64,000 nt of DNA from Octopus vulgaris (taxonomy: Eukaryota), in NCBI GenBank assembly GCA_951406725.2, contig OX597816.1:12586001-12650000 (forward strand), given 5' to 3'. Below, in pieces: positions 38,613 through 52,007 of the stretch (position 1 is the stretch's first letter; each line of letters opens with the position of its first letter). The notes below the pieces were generated by a model. That model saw nothing but the letters and a program-made list of their open reading frames with translations. It was not told the DNA's origin and searched no databases. The translations under genes were made by a program, and so were the position numbers.

Positions 38613-39019
38613 GTAATCAACCCTTCTTTGTAAATTGCTGGCCTCGTTCCAAAATTTGAAATCATTATTGTTGTTATTGTTGAGACAGTGACCAACTATG
38701 TTCGATAGTGAATCGGAAAAAAATGCCTAGCGTAATTTTTTCCGGCTTTTTCGGTGCATTGTTTAATTGTCAGCGAGTTCAGTTTGTCTTTCGATCAATT
38801 AAGGTACTGCCCTTATGCCAAACTTTGGAACTGTACAATAATTCAATAGCATATTGAACAAAATCCTTAGTGACATTTCTTCTGACATATTACGTTTAGG
38901 GTTCCAATTCCATCGACTTAGACTTTGTCTTTCTTTATTTCGATAACATAATACAAGTAAAGAACTGGAGGTCGATGGCATCAAGTTACTCCATTTCCCT
39001 AAATTAGAAAAATTTTAAT

Positions 39020-39589
39020 CTTGAAGAAGACATTCAACTACGAAGAATTAGTTTAAAGAAGAAAAACAAATAGTTACTCGATGTAAATATAACTAAGAAA
39101 TCAAAACAAAAACAATCGGTCCGAATAAGTCGAATGAAGATTTCGATGTCGTGGTTGGTGACGTTGGAATCAAAGGAGAAAATAAAATCATGTTAGTAGT
39201 GAGTGTATATGGATCACGAAGATGATGTGGAGAAGTATTTCAAGATTCTTTGAGTACAGAATAATTTCATTTCATTTTATAACAAATTCTCATTGGAACA
39301 AGATTAAGCTGCCAAGTTTTCAAGGTGAAAAGCCAGGTGATCGACGAGATATAAAGGTAAAAGTAATTCTTTAAATGCTGAACTAGATTTATGATCAACT
39401 TAAAGAGGATTGCTTAGAAAAGTTAATCTCTTTTACAAATATGAAAGAGGACCAGAAAAGAGAATTGGCGCATGCTGGTAATCTTTTAATCTTTACAGGA
39501 GATAAACCCAAGGAATCAACTGATATTGATGAATTTGCGCTGAGATTCTTCATAAGAATACATAAGAAAACAATCTTTTGTTGTTCTTA
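39020..39589 (+). pseudogene. Possible decayed coding sequence of unknown family
   Basis: One frame reads ...WNKIKLPSFQGEKPGDRRDIKVKVIL*MLN*IYDQLKEDCLEKLISFTNMKEDQKRELAHAGNLLIFTGDKPKESTDIDEFALRFFIRIHKKTIFCCS*; protein-like composition only. Confidence 0.3.
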
Positions 39590-39923
39590 AATACTTAAAT
39601 AGAATATTATCTTTGGATGTTCGTATATCAACCATATTAGTTTGTGCGTATTTGGTAAAGGAATAAAACGATCGAAAATGTGAGAAAGGATTTACTTTCG
39701 AATCAATTTGCGAGCCAAACTGCTAGGAATGAGACCCCTCCCCGACCGACATAGCACACTGATCTAAAGAACATAGTGGTATATAATGCTATCTGCAAAA
39801 ACAGAGACGTGAGTTCAAACTACCGGCAATCCGTTCAAAGTAAAATGTCTTGTACTTACGACGAAGACAACTGAAAGTAAGTTCACAAATATATTATCAA
39901 AGATGGTTATATGCCCGGCCTTA

Positions 39924-40156
39924 AGGCGGCGAGCTGGCAGAAACGTTAACACGCCGGGCGAAATAAGTAGCCGTATTTCGTCTGCTGTTACGTTCTGAGT
40001 TCAAATTCCGCCGTGGTCGACTTTGCCTTTCATCCTTTCGGGGTCGATAAAATAAGTACCATTTACGCACTGGGCTCGATATAATCGATTTAATCCCTTT
40101 GTCTGTCCTTGTTTGGCCCCTCTATGTTTAGTCCCTTGTTGGCAATAAAGAAATAA
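39924..40156 (+). mobile_element. SINE family A with 51-bp flanking duplication
   Basis: Direct repeat at 39873-39923 and 40157-40207. Confidence 0.9.
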
Positions 40157-40544
40157 GAAAGTAAGTTCACAAATATATTATCAAAGATGGTTAAATGGCT
40201 GGCCTTACTGCAAATTCCAAAAAAAATTATCCGAACTTTGTTGGAGAATATGGCAGGACCTTGAGTGCATTTACAAAGAAGTGACTGGTCACTTTTAGTT
40301 CAATGAAGCAAATAAAATGACTTGTTTGATTCATGCTTTAGGGATAACAATAAATTACCTAGATATCATCCTTTATTACATGCAGAGGATTTAATATGTT
40401 CACGGGAAACTCTAAAGCAGTGAAGAAAAACTTGAATTTGGCAGGGTTCCTAGGCCGAAAGTGAATACTCACTAGCTAGGGATCTGCGTTATGATTCTAA
40501 CGATTCTGCCAGCTCGCCGCCTTAAAATAGGAATGAGAAACATA

Positions 40545-40925
40545 TTCTTTACTATTCTAGGCACAAGGCCCGAAATTTTTTGGGAGGGGGCCAGTCGATT
40601 AGATTGACCCCAGTACGTATCCGGTACTTAATTTACAGACACCGAAAGAATGAAAGGCAAAGTCGACCTCGGCGGAATTTGAACTCAGAACGTAATGACA
40701 GACGAAATACCTATTTCATTACTACCCACAAGGGGCTAAACACAGAGAAGAGAAACAAGGACAGACAAACGGATTAAGTGCGTAACTGGTACTTAATTTA
40801 TCGACCACGAAATGATGAAAGACAAGTCGACCTCGGCGGAATTTGAACTCAGAACGTAACGGCAGACGAAATACCGTAAAGCAGCATTTCACCCGGCCTG
40901 CTAACGTTCTGCCAACTCGCTGCCT
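40545..40925 (-). mobile_element. SINE family A dimer
   Basis: Junction gacgaaatac|ctatttc near 40710. Confidence 0.85.
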
Positions 40926-41039
40926 CGCGGCCATACTGGAGTTGTTGATACAATGATATACTTCTTGCTTTCCACTTCAAATTAAAGAATGTTTCTGGAG
41001 TGAAACAGCCGCGAATAGAGATGATGTTTATGATTTTGC

Positions 41040-41390
41040 TCTCTTATTTGTTTCAGTAATTTTGACTGCGGCCATGCTGGAGCATCGTCTTTAATCGAAC
41101 AACTCAACTCCAAAACTTATTCTGTCGATCCTCTTTTGCCGAACCGCTAAGTTACGGGGACGTAAAAACACCGACATCGGTTGTCAAGCGATAGCAGGGG
41201 CACAAATGCACACACACACACGCATATATACGACGGGCTCCTTTCATTTTCCGAGTACCAGATCCACTCACAAGACTTTGGTCGGCCCGAAGCTATTGTA
41301 GAAGACACTTGCCTGAGGTGTCATACAGCGGGACTGAACGGAGAGCCATGTGGTTGGGAAGCAAGCTTCTTACTACGCAACCATTCTTGT
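41040..41390 (-). mobile_element. SINE family B, degenerate
   Basis: Homology to 30743-31132. Confidence 0.8.
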
Positions 41391-41772
41391 TTAAGCAATT
41401 GTAGTTTTAAACAGAATTTGATTCTGAGCAAAAGCGCAACACAGATAACATCTCAAGAATGTGATTTCACGATTTTTCTGAGAAATTTCGGCGTAGGCAT
41501 TGACTACTGCAGTGCGATAAAAAATATATTACTAAAAACCTGAAAAGCACAGATATTTATGTCGTTACCTTTGACATCTTTAAAGAAAGTGGCGTATTTC
41601 CATTAGAATTCATATGTCAACAAGGAATCGTATACAATAGACATAATGCAAAACTGTCAGCTTGTCATTTTGTCTTACTAAGTTCAAAGAAAAAAACCAT
41701 TCCGAAAGTTGGCAGCTACCGTAAGAAGAATTTATATTTCTTTCCATTTCATTATTATATTGCTTTTTCATA

Positions 41773-42145
41773 GTGGAGGCGCAATGACCCAGTGGTTAGG
41801 GCAGCGGACCCGCGGTCCCAGGATCACGGTTTCGATTCCCATATCGGGTGTTGTTAGTCTTTTCTTTTAGCAAAAACACCTAAAAGTTCAACGAGGCTCC
41901 GACAGGAAGTGGTGGCAACTCCTGTTGTACTCTTTCACCTCAACTTTCTCTCACTCTTTCTTCTTGTTTCTGTTGTATCTGTATTTCAAAGAAGCCAGCC
42001 TTGTCACGCTGAATCTCCCTGAAGTCTACATTAAGGGTACATGTGTCTGTAGAGTGTTCAGCCACTTTCACGTTAATTTCACGAGCAGGCTGTTCCGTTA
42101 ATCGGATCAACTGGAAATCTCGTCATCGCAACCGATGGAGTGGCA
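41773..42145 (+). mobile_element. SINE family C, long-tail variant
   Basis: gtggaggcgcaatgacccagtggttagg head; tail also seen inverted near 15245-15365 and 53890-54140; approximate TSD cttttcat. Confidence 0.85.
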
Positions 42146-42205
42146 CTTTTCATCAGTTTTCTTTTTACTTGTTATAGTCATCTCCTTCAAAAGTTGTTTA
42201 TTATT

Positions 42206-42420
42206 AAGGCGGCGAGCTGGCAGGGACGTTAGCACGCCGGGCGAAATGCGTAGCTGTATTTCGTCTGCCGTTACGTCCTGAGTTCAAATTCCGTCAAGGT
42301 CGACTTTGCCTTTCACCTTTCGGGATCGATAAATTAAGTACCAGTTATGCACTGGGGTCGATCTAATAGACTGGCCCTCTCTCCCCAAATTCCGGGCCTT
42401 CTGCCTAGAGTAGAAAAGAA
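42206..42420 (+). mobile_element. SINE family A (alternative agtagaaaag tail)
   Basis: Family A head and core. Confidence 0.88.
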
Positions 42421-42477
42421 AGTATATCCGTTATTATGTTTCAGATCCAACATGTGTACGTTTGTGTGTGTATGTGT

Positions 42478-42950
42478 ATGAATTGTTGAAGTTTCATATC
42501 GATGTCCGGTGAGGAGAGACATTTAGGCCAGTCTTGTTTGAGGATCTCTTCCTCAATTTGTTTACACTTTATGGAAGATCAAACTGGAAAGATTTTGTGA
42601 GTTTCTTGTAGGCTGCATATCCATGGTTTCTTTTGCTCCGTACATAGTCAGCTCTATCATGTTGTGATACGAGAGTAGCGTCGGTGTCACTTCCACATTA
42701 TGGATGAGACCCATATTATTTGTGAAGCAGAGATCCAGTATATTATCTGCCTAGGCTGGTGGGAGTACTATTTGTTCCATATACAATGTGTTGATGAGGT
42801 TCAGGAGGGACTTACCCTGTCCTTGTTTCCAATGTGCCATTCCTGGGACAGAAAGTCCCCCAAACCATCTGACATTCGGCAGATTGAAGTTTCCCATAAG
42901 TAGTACACTTATGTGTTGTTCTAATGTAACTAGAACTTCTAAATTTGTTA
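42478..42950 (-). mobile_element. CR1/L2-like LINE ORF2 fragment (APE endonuclease C-terminal part)
   Basis: Minus strand reads VLLMGNFNLPNVRW...LYMEQIVLPP.*.DNILDLCFTN...LLSYHNMI (GDFN, xILDL and SDH-like motifs). Confidence 0.8.
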
Positions 42951-42965
42951 GTCATTCTTCGAACT

Positions 42966-43024
42966 TTATTTACATTATTTACATTTGACGGTTGCTAGTC
43001 CTCATCTTGTTTGTTGTAAACACA
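42966..43024 (-). mobile_element. 3' fragment of the tRNA-HHR element
   Basis: tttacattatttacatttgacgg...cctcatcttgtttgttgtaaacac, then (AT)n. Confidence 0.75.
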
Positions 43025-43123
43025 TATATAAATACATGCATATATGTATGTATACATTTATATATTATTTATATTATTACATGATCGAAGTCCATGCATC
43101 CTTTTCCAAGTCAGTTTTATCAG

Positions 43124-43552
<429 letters not shown>

Positions 43553-44114
43553 GGCTATTTATTTAGTTATGTGTCTTTAAATAAGGAAATCGAGTACATG
43601 TTTGATTTAGGTTCCATGCCGAAAGCAACAGTCCCAGAATAATCCTTGACTGATTATAACAACATGCTACAGATTAGCAGTAAAAGCCACGCAACTTCTG
43701 TGAGGATCGCAGGCATCGTCTTTCCATTTCCTCATATAATCGCACCGATACTTGCTAACGTCACATTAAAACAAACATAAACTTATTCAAATCTATGAAA
43801 CACCTAAGAGGCTCCGGCTTTCACACTTGTTAAACCTATTAATTAACAATAGACGTTGCAATGTGCTATGCTAATATAACAAGGAAATAAACAAACTTTG
43901 TATAGTTGTAATGTTGAACGTAGACAGTTATTGTGAATAAAAGGCAGGAGTTTGTGTGTAATTGTAACCACAGTGTGAAAGAAATTCTGTTTGATTCGAG
44001 AGCTGTTACTATAGTATCATAACTACGCAAATATTTGCGAGTTATGTGATTACGTTTCTCATCATAAAATATGCATTCGTACATGTCTAAGTTTGCACAT
44101 TTACATTTACTGTG

Positions 44115-44160
<46 letters not shown>

Positions 44161-44353
44161 CACTCACATATATGTATATGTATGCATAGATATATACATA
44201 TTAATTTATATGTGTGTGTGAGAGAGAGAGACACACACACACACAAACATATCCATGCAAATATATAAACGCATATGTACATACAAACCTGTGTATATAC
44301 ACATGAATTCGAATGCGCTCGTACGTACAAGAATACACATAGTCACATAATAC

Positions 44354-44393
<40 letters not shown>

Positions 44394-44472
44394 ATGTATG
44401 TATATATATATACATATATATATATCTTATATGTATATATATATGTATATTTATATATATATAATATATATG

Positions 44473-44551
<79 letters not shown>

Positions 44552-46795
44552 TCATAACAAACGTACGTAAATATGCAGACACATTTAAATATATTTAAAT
44601 GTTCCCATATGATCTTCCATTTTTAGTTTAATCTTGAAACGTATTGTCGCTTGGAAAACAATAGAAAACGATGTGTATGGTAAATTTTTGATTCAGCAGA
44701 GTTCACCAAGTAAAATTTTGTTTGAGAAGTTTCATATTTTAAAATATTCCACAAGTTCTATAAATACATAACACTTTTCAATCAATACATTCAGACATTT
44801 GTTCAGGCACAGAAGAGAAAAATTATTAAACAGACGCTAACACTCGAATTAAATGTAAATTTGTGATGTAAAATTTTCATTGCCACGAATTGCACAGTTG
44901 CTGTAAGGTTAAAAATGCTAGACTGTCTGACAAGTAGAACAAGAATCATCTGAGGTTATATTTAATTCATTTGCGACTGGTTGGACAGAAATTAATTGTT
45001 GATGTCTTTTATATAAATCTTCTTTGTTTCTTTATCTTTCGCTTGTTTCGGTGTTTGGACTGCGGCCATGCTGGTGTACTGTATTGAAGATTTTTTTTTT
45101 AGTTGAACGAATCGATGCCAGTCTGTATATACATATTCTTAAGGTCTGGTACTTATTCTATCTATCTCTTTGATCGAACCGCTATGTTACGTTGACGTAA
45201 ACCAACCAACACCAGTTGTCGAGTACAGACAAGCGGAATGGCATACACACTTACACATATAAACGCGTACATACATGCATATATATACATACATACATAC
45301 ACACACGCACACGCATACACACACACACACACACATATATGTACATGTGCATACACACACAAACACACACATAAATTAAGTACCAGTTTCGCACTGGGGT
45401 CGATGTAATAGACTTAATCCGTTTGTCTGTCCTTGTTTGTCCTCTCCGTGTTTAGCCCCTTGTGGGTAGTAAAGAAATAGATATATAATGTACTGTTCGT
45501 TGTTGGTAAAATCAACAAAAAGTACTTCATCTCGTTAGAGATAAATATTATTAAATAAACACAATAAAACACAATATATGTCTTCATGTGCTACGATTCG
45601 TTCCATGCGCTGAGACCACATAAAAACGTATACTGTTATTATTGAATAATACATATATATTTAAGTCTGGCTTCTCTCACCTTTTCATTTTCCGTCTCTG
45701 AAAACCACTCACAAGGCTTTGGTCGGCTTGACACTATTGTGGAAGATAGTTGCCCGATTAGAAACCTTCTGGAGGGAAATAATAGAAATATTTTAATTAG
45801 AGACTCACCCAGCAGCACTATGTATAGTTATGTACATTCATATGTTGATATGATAGCAGATGTCTCAAGAGAAAAAATTCTCCTTAAGCGTATTGTCTTT
45901 CTATCTCCAGATGTCAATGAACTTGTGAAATGTAACTGTACATAATTATATAAAAATATTTTCCTGTCAGCTGGCAAACACTTATCGAAAACCAAGAATT
46001 TGATGGATCGACCGAGCTAATTCTAATAAACGGTAAGTCTCATGTATAATCCATGTTCCATTCGTTTGCTATTTAATTGTTTCTGTCCTTGGACTGACGC
46101 CATGTCGGAGCATCTCCATGTATAATCTAGATTCTATTTCCATACATAAATTTATAAATCTTTTTCACTGCTTTTTCAATTAATGCGGCGAACTGACAGA
46201 ATGGTTAGTGTCGGACTAAAATGTTTTACAGTATTTGTTCCAGAATTTCGCGTTCTGAATTCGAGTCTTACTCATATTAATTTAAAGTTCCATCTTTTGA
46301 GGATCAATAAGATAAGATACCAGCCAAATATTACTGCCGAAATAATTGGCTGTACTACTTCTCCACTAAATTGCTGGCCTGTCGCCTATGTTTGAAACAG
46401 TTATTGTAGGGTGAGCTGGCAGAATAATTAGTGCGTAGAACAAAATTCTAATTCGCATTTCTTCCGGCTCATTACATTCTAAACTCAAATTCCGCCGTGT
46501 CAGCTTTGCCTTTCATCTCTTTAGGATCGATAAAGTGAAATACCAGTTAAGCAGGTCAATCGTATCGAGTGACCCATTCCTTCTAAAATTGCTAGTTTGT
46601 ACCAAAATTTGAAAACATTATTATTAAGATGGATGACTAAGCTCAATCCCAAGTGTGTGTACGCACGGTTGTATGAGTAGGTGTGCTGTGTGTTTGCTTG
46701 GTTTTCTGAATACCTTTTGTATATACCTATGCTTGAATATGTTTGTATATCTTTCAATATATATCTGTATATGTTGCCTATGTGTGTATCTCTGT

Positions 46796-46843
<48 letters not shown>

Positions 46844-47301
46844 GCGTATGAAATTGGGTAGACAGAAATATGTAATTCAAATGTTCAGCCGTGTCATACT
46901 GTGTCGTGCACGTTCCACCTAAGAATATCATTAAGTGGCTCTCTGTGTCTGGGGAAAATTCAGCTATTTGTGTGTTAATTCAATGCGTTGGAAAATATAT
47001 ATCATTATATATAGGTGAAAAGGAAGAAGGAAAATAAGCGAAAATGCACATTGAAAATCTAAAAATGTAAAGGCTTTTTTTTATGAAAAGTAACGATAGG
47101 TATATACAATTAGATGAACAGAGGTAGAAATAAAAGTTATAAAAGTCCTTATTGTGAATTGTTAAAGAGTTCGGTCATACTGCGTGTCACTTTAGGCAAT
47201 TTTCTTCTACTATAGCCTCGGGCCTACCAAAGCCTTGTTAGTGGATTTGGTAGGCGGTAACTGAAAGAAGCCCGTCGTATATATGTATATATATATATAT
47301 A

Positions 47302-47671
47302 TCTCTATATAAACGGCAGTTTGTCTGTGTGTGTTTCTGTGTGTCTGTTTGGTTGTACCCTCACCCTGACCACTGCTTTCAACCGATTCTGATGAAACTT
47401 GACACACACATAGCCCAATGTCATAATTCAAAACTAACGCAGCGAAAATTTTGAAAAGTTCCCCCAGTTCGTAAAAAAAATCGATAAATTCGACATGGGG
47501 TCGAGAATCAGAAACACAAACCACAGACTGTCTAGGGGACGCAACTCGACCTTTTTAACTCTCAAAAAAAATTTACCATCATTTTTTTCCCATTTTTTTG
47601 CTATAACTCTCTAAAAATGCTTTATAGTTATTTCCCTTACAAACCTGAGCAACGCCGGGCGATACTGCTAG
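47302..47671 (+). mobile_element. Non-autonomous Helitron
   Basis: A|TC start, subterminal GC hairpin cctgagcaacgccgggc, CTAG|T end, no TSD. Confidence 0.85.
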
Positions 47672-47849
47672 TATATATATAAATTAGAGAAAGACCACTA
47701 TTAAGCAATTAAAACAATGATAGACGTAAATCACACCATATAGAAACAACAAAAGATACGATAAAGCATTTACCTAAATCTCAATAAAGTACATGATAAT
47801 AAATAAATAGTATATAATTAGTAAATAGACTACGCGCGTTTATATACTA

Positions 47850-48232
47850 CTAGCAGTATCGCCCGGCGTTGCTCAGGTTTGTAAGGGAAATAACTATAAA
47901 GCATTTTTAGAGAGTTATAGCCAAAAAATAGCAATAAAACGGAAAAAAATGATGGTAAATATTTTTTTGAGATTTAAAAAAGGTGGAGTTGCATCCCCTA
48001 GATAGTTTGTGGTTCGTGCTTCTGATTCTCGACCCCATGTCGAATTTATCGATTTTTTTCAGAACTGGGGGAACTTTTCAAAATTTTTGCTGCGTTAGTT
48101 TTGAATTATGACATTGGGCTATGTGTGTGTCAAGTTTCATCAGAATCGGTTGAAAGCAGTGGTCAGGGTGAGGGTACGAGAAAACAGACACACAGAAACA
48201 CGCACAGACAAACTGCCGTTTATATATAGAGA
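47850..48232 (-). mobile_element. Non-autonomous Helitron, inverted second copy
   Basis: Reverse complement of 47302-47671 with the same termini. Confidence 0.85.
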
Positions 48233-48500
48233 TGTATTTATTATTATGTACGTGGTGATTACACTTCTTGTACGCATGCGTGGCATCTTTGATTACTATG
48301 ACAACAGAGTGCTTTGGAAACAGTTATCGAACACGTGGTGGTTACACTCCTCGGTTAGTATGGAAACAGAGTTCTTTGCTTACTACGCTAACAGAACTTC
48401 ACGGTTATGTGTAAAACCCTCGTTTCTGATTGGCTAAAATCCCCAAATTTTGCAAACTTTAAAAGCTAATAACATTTTAATTATAAATTATAGGAAAATG

Positions 48501-49012
48501 GGATCTTTTCATTTTGACCGGCAAAAGATTTCAACCGTCTATTGAGGTGAATACAATTTCTGCTGTTGTTTGTCAACATGTTCAACAAGAACTTCCGGCG
48601 GTGTAGCTGTCACTTATAAACTCACGTGGGTTTATTTACATTTCTGAAGAAAAAAGAAACCCTTCCCCCAACCCTAACCCAAACCCTAACCCCACAATCT
48701 TTTATTCATACGAACGTGACTGATATGAAATATGTTACAAATAACAGTGACAAACTAAACAGAGACAGCAGGAAGTTGTTGTTGACAAACAACAGCAGAA
48801 ATTGTATTCACCTCAATAGACGTCATTAATTGGTTGAAATTGCGGAAATGCAAGAAATTTAATAACAAATAAGCTTACAAACTACAGAATTTTCTCAAGA
48901 AAGCCAAAGAAAAATATGTTTTATGTAACACATTCTACCAGTATACGAAGTTTAAAAGTGTTTAGTTACAAAGAGATTATATAAAAATCCACCGATTAAA
49001 GTGAAAAGATCC
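48501..49012. mobile_element. GGATC-TIR MITE subfamily with (CCCTAA)-like tract and perfect 8-bp TSD
   Basis: TSD ggaaaatg at 48493-48500 and 49013-49020; TIR ggatcttttca / tgaaaagatcc. Confidence 0.88.
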
Positions 49013-50344
49013 GGAAAATGATTTTCATTTTGATAATTAGTATACAAACTTAATCCATATACCAAATTTGAAAATAAATGGAACAAAATTGGATATAATG
49101 ATACAAGAATAAAAACCCCAGACGTCTTACCACACAGCCACGCCTGCGAAATATGCGTTATAACGAAAAGTATATGTTTTCAACCATAGCGTTTTGTGCA
49201 TCTTTGTCGCTTTATTCCTTCTTCTACATCTTTTGTTTATCGTTTATGAAATTTGAATAAATTATTTTCTTCTTTTCAGAAATATGACGACGAAGTGCCA
49301 ACAAAAATAAAAACAAATGAATTTATCTGACAGCTCAATATTTTACTTATTGACTCCAGAGAGATGAAAGAAAAAGTTCAGCGTAGATTTGAACGTTAGC
49401 TCAACGTTAATAAATACTATAAAATATCTTAGATTGCCACTTAACCCTGCCCCTCAGTTTCCCGCTTTGTTTAGAAAATATAGAATATATAATACATTTT
49501 CACAAGTTTTCCTTATCATCTTTGTAATAATTGATTTACTGTTTTTCCGTTCATGGACAAGTGTTTCATTAATGCGATTTATTTTTTTTTTGTTATTTTT
49601 TTTATCAAAAAATATTGACTGATATTAAATTACTAAACTAAACAATAGTTCGAGTGTCTGACATGCTTTAAGAGACATTAAAGAAAGAAGGAAAAAAAAA
49701 AGATTTCTGTGACGAAGTGAGTGGCGGTGAGATATAATTTATAACCCGTTAAAACTGATTTATATTTTGTGACAATTTACAAAACGTTAACACATTGGGA
49801 AAATGAAAACTGACTCAGTTATGAATTGATATTAGAGAATGTGACAACAGACAACAAACATAGTTTAAATGGAAAAAAAAATTACATGCATTAAGATTTT
49901 TTGTTAATTTTTTTTCTATTAAATGGGATTGTCATAATAATATATTTTATACATTATTTTAATCCATTTCATTCCTTTATAAAAAAAATTATCATTCAGA
50001 TATAAGCGGTCGAGAGATTTGAAACCAAACTAATTTATTAGCTGTCAGATTGTCAGTGAGCTGGCTGGATCATCACCTCATCGGATGAAATATTTGGCGG
50101 CCTTTCTTTTCTAATTCATTGGGTTCTGATTTCAAATACCGTCGATGTCGACTTTGTTTTCATCCTCACGATGTTATACATAAGAACCAGCCGAGCACCG
50201 AGGTCGATATAATCGGCTCTCACCTCCTCTCAAAATTGTGCCAAAATTAGAAAGAATGTATTAGATGACAGACGTTTAAGCGTGTTCGTGTCCCAGGATC
50301 AATCTTCTGTCCTTTTTCAATCTACAGAGTTTTAAACTCAATCT

Positions 50345-50651
50345 TTCTTCTTCTTAATCCTTTCTGCCCTTGTGGAGCATAGGGCCGGTTTCCCGGTTTC
50401 CTTGGCGTATAGGTTCCCCACCTGGACGGGACGTCGGTCTGTCACAGGTGAGCTGCAAGATGCAGGTAGAAATAGTGAGAGAAAGTTGTGGCGAAAGTCA
50501 GCAGAAGTTCGCCATTACTTTCTGCCGGAGCCGCGTGAAGGTTTTAAGGTTTTTTCGCTCATAAACACACACATCGCCCGGTCTTAAATTAGAACCCACG
50601 ATCCCTCGACCGTGAGTCCGCTGCTTTAACCACTAGGCCATGTGCCTCCAC
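50345..50651 (-). mobile_element. SINE family C
   Basis: Reverse complement of the 4861-type copy. Confidence 0.85.
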
Positions 50652-51736
50652 CTTGAAACTCAATATTCACACATTACTATTTATTATTTTATCTGCTTCG
50701 AGTGTCACCGTTAAAAATGAATTGTTTTACGCCTCTCGAAGGTTCTAAATTGTTATGGCTTAAATAATTAATCTGTATTTGTTTCAAACAATTACTGATA
50801 AAGGATGATTATTTTATGAATTGAAAAATCTAATTAATTAACTGCAACTGTTTGAAGACTAGTTTGACAATTTGTAAATACAACATATTTCTTTTGGGAG
50901 AGAGTAAATTTCATAAACCTCCCCCGATGTACTTGGCTTAAATGATTCAAAATAATGAACGTATTTAGACCATCATCGTCATCACCATCATCATCATTAG
51001 AAGAAGCAGCAGCAGCAGCAGTAGCAGAAGAAGAAGAAGAAGAAGAAGAAGGAGAGGAGGGGGAGGAGGAAAATAACAGCCTATCGTTGGTTAGGCAGCA
51101 GTTGGTGGTGATGGAAGTGGTGGCGAAGGCGGTGTTAATGGTAGTAGAGGTGGTAGTGTTAACTCTTTAATTTATTGCAGTTCGAGAGATGCGGCCATGC
51201 TGGGGCACCCTCTTTAGTGCTTGGGCACCGTCGTATTGGTTGATGTTCGACTCTCACTGAGGTTTGATTGAGGAAAATAAATCCAGCATGACCTCACCGT
51301 TTTGCTTTCCGTTTGTATGGACTACATCGTATAATGTGTCCTTTAAATTTGCACGTGGTTTGAAAGAACCTTGCTGTATTTTAAGACAGGTTAATCTAAC
51401 TCTAAGAATCTGTGGCATAGCAAGGGCTTTCAATGCTTAGAGGAAAACATAATTTTGGCGTCTCCACCCTAATAAACGGATATGATAGGTCGAGAAAAAT
51501 TTTGTGACCCTTCTTACCTGCGCTTGAGACGGCTGTTCCCTTGCCTAACTATCGCTAAAACTATATTTTGTTGGCTAATTCCGCCTAGGTCGACTTCGCC
51601 TTTCATCCTTTTGTGGACGATAAATTAAGTACCAGTTGCGTACTGGGTCCGATCTAATCGTCCGGTCCCCTCCCTAACAATTTCGAGCCTAGTGCTTCGA
51701 GAAGAAAAGTATATTTCGTTGGCTAAGCTAGGTAAG

Positions 51737-52007
51737 GTGGAGGCGCAATGGCCCAGTGGTTAGGGCAGCGGACTCACGGTTTATTGAGCGAAAATACCTA
51801 AAAGCTCCAAGAGCTCCGGCAGGGGGTGGTGGTGACCCCTGTTATACTCTTTCGCCACAACTTTCTCTCACTCTCTCTTCCTGTTTCTTGAGTAACGCTG
51901 CGATGGACTGGCGTCCCGTCCAGCAGGAGTGGGGACACATACACTACAGAAACCGGGAAACCGGGTCCATGAGCCTGGCTGGGCTTGAAAAGGGCGAAAA
52001 AGAAAGA
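51737..52007 (+). mobile_element. SINE family C, internally deleted, 12-bp TSD
   Basis: TSD aagctaggtaag at 51725-51736 and 52008-52019. Confidence 0.88.
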
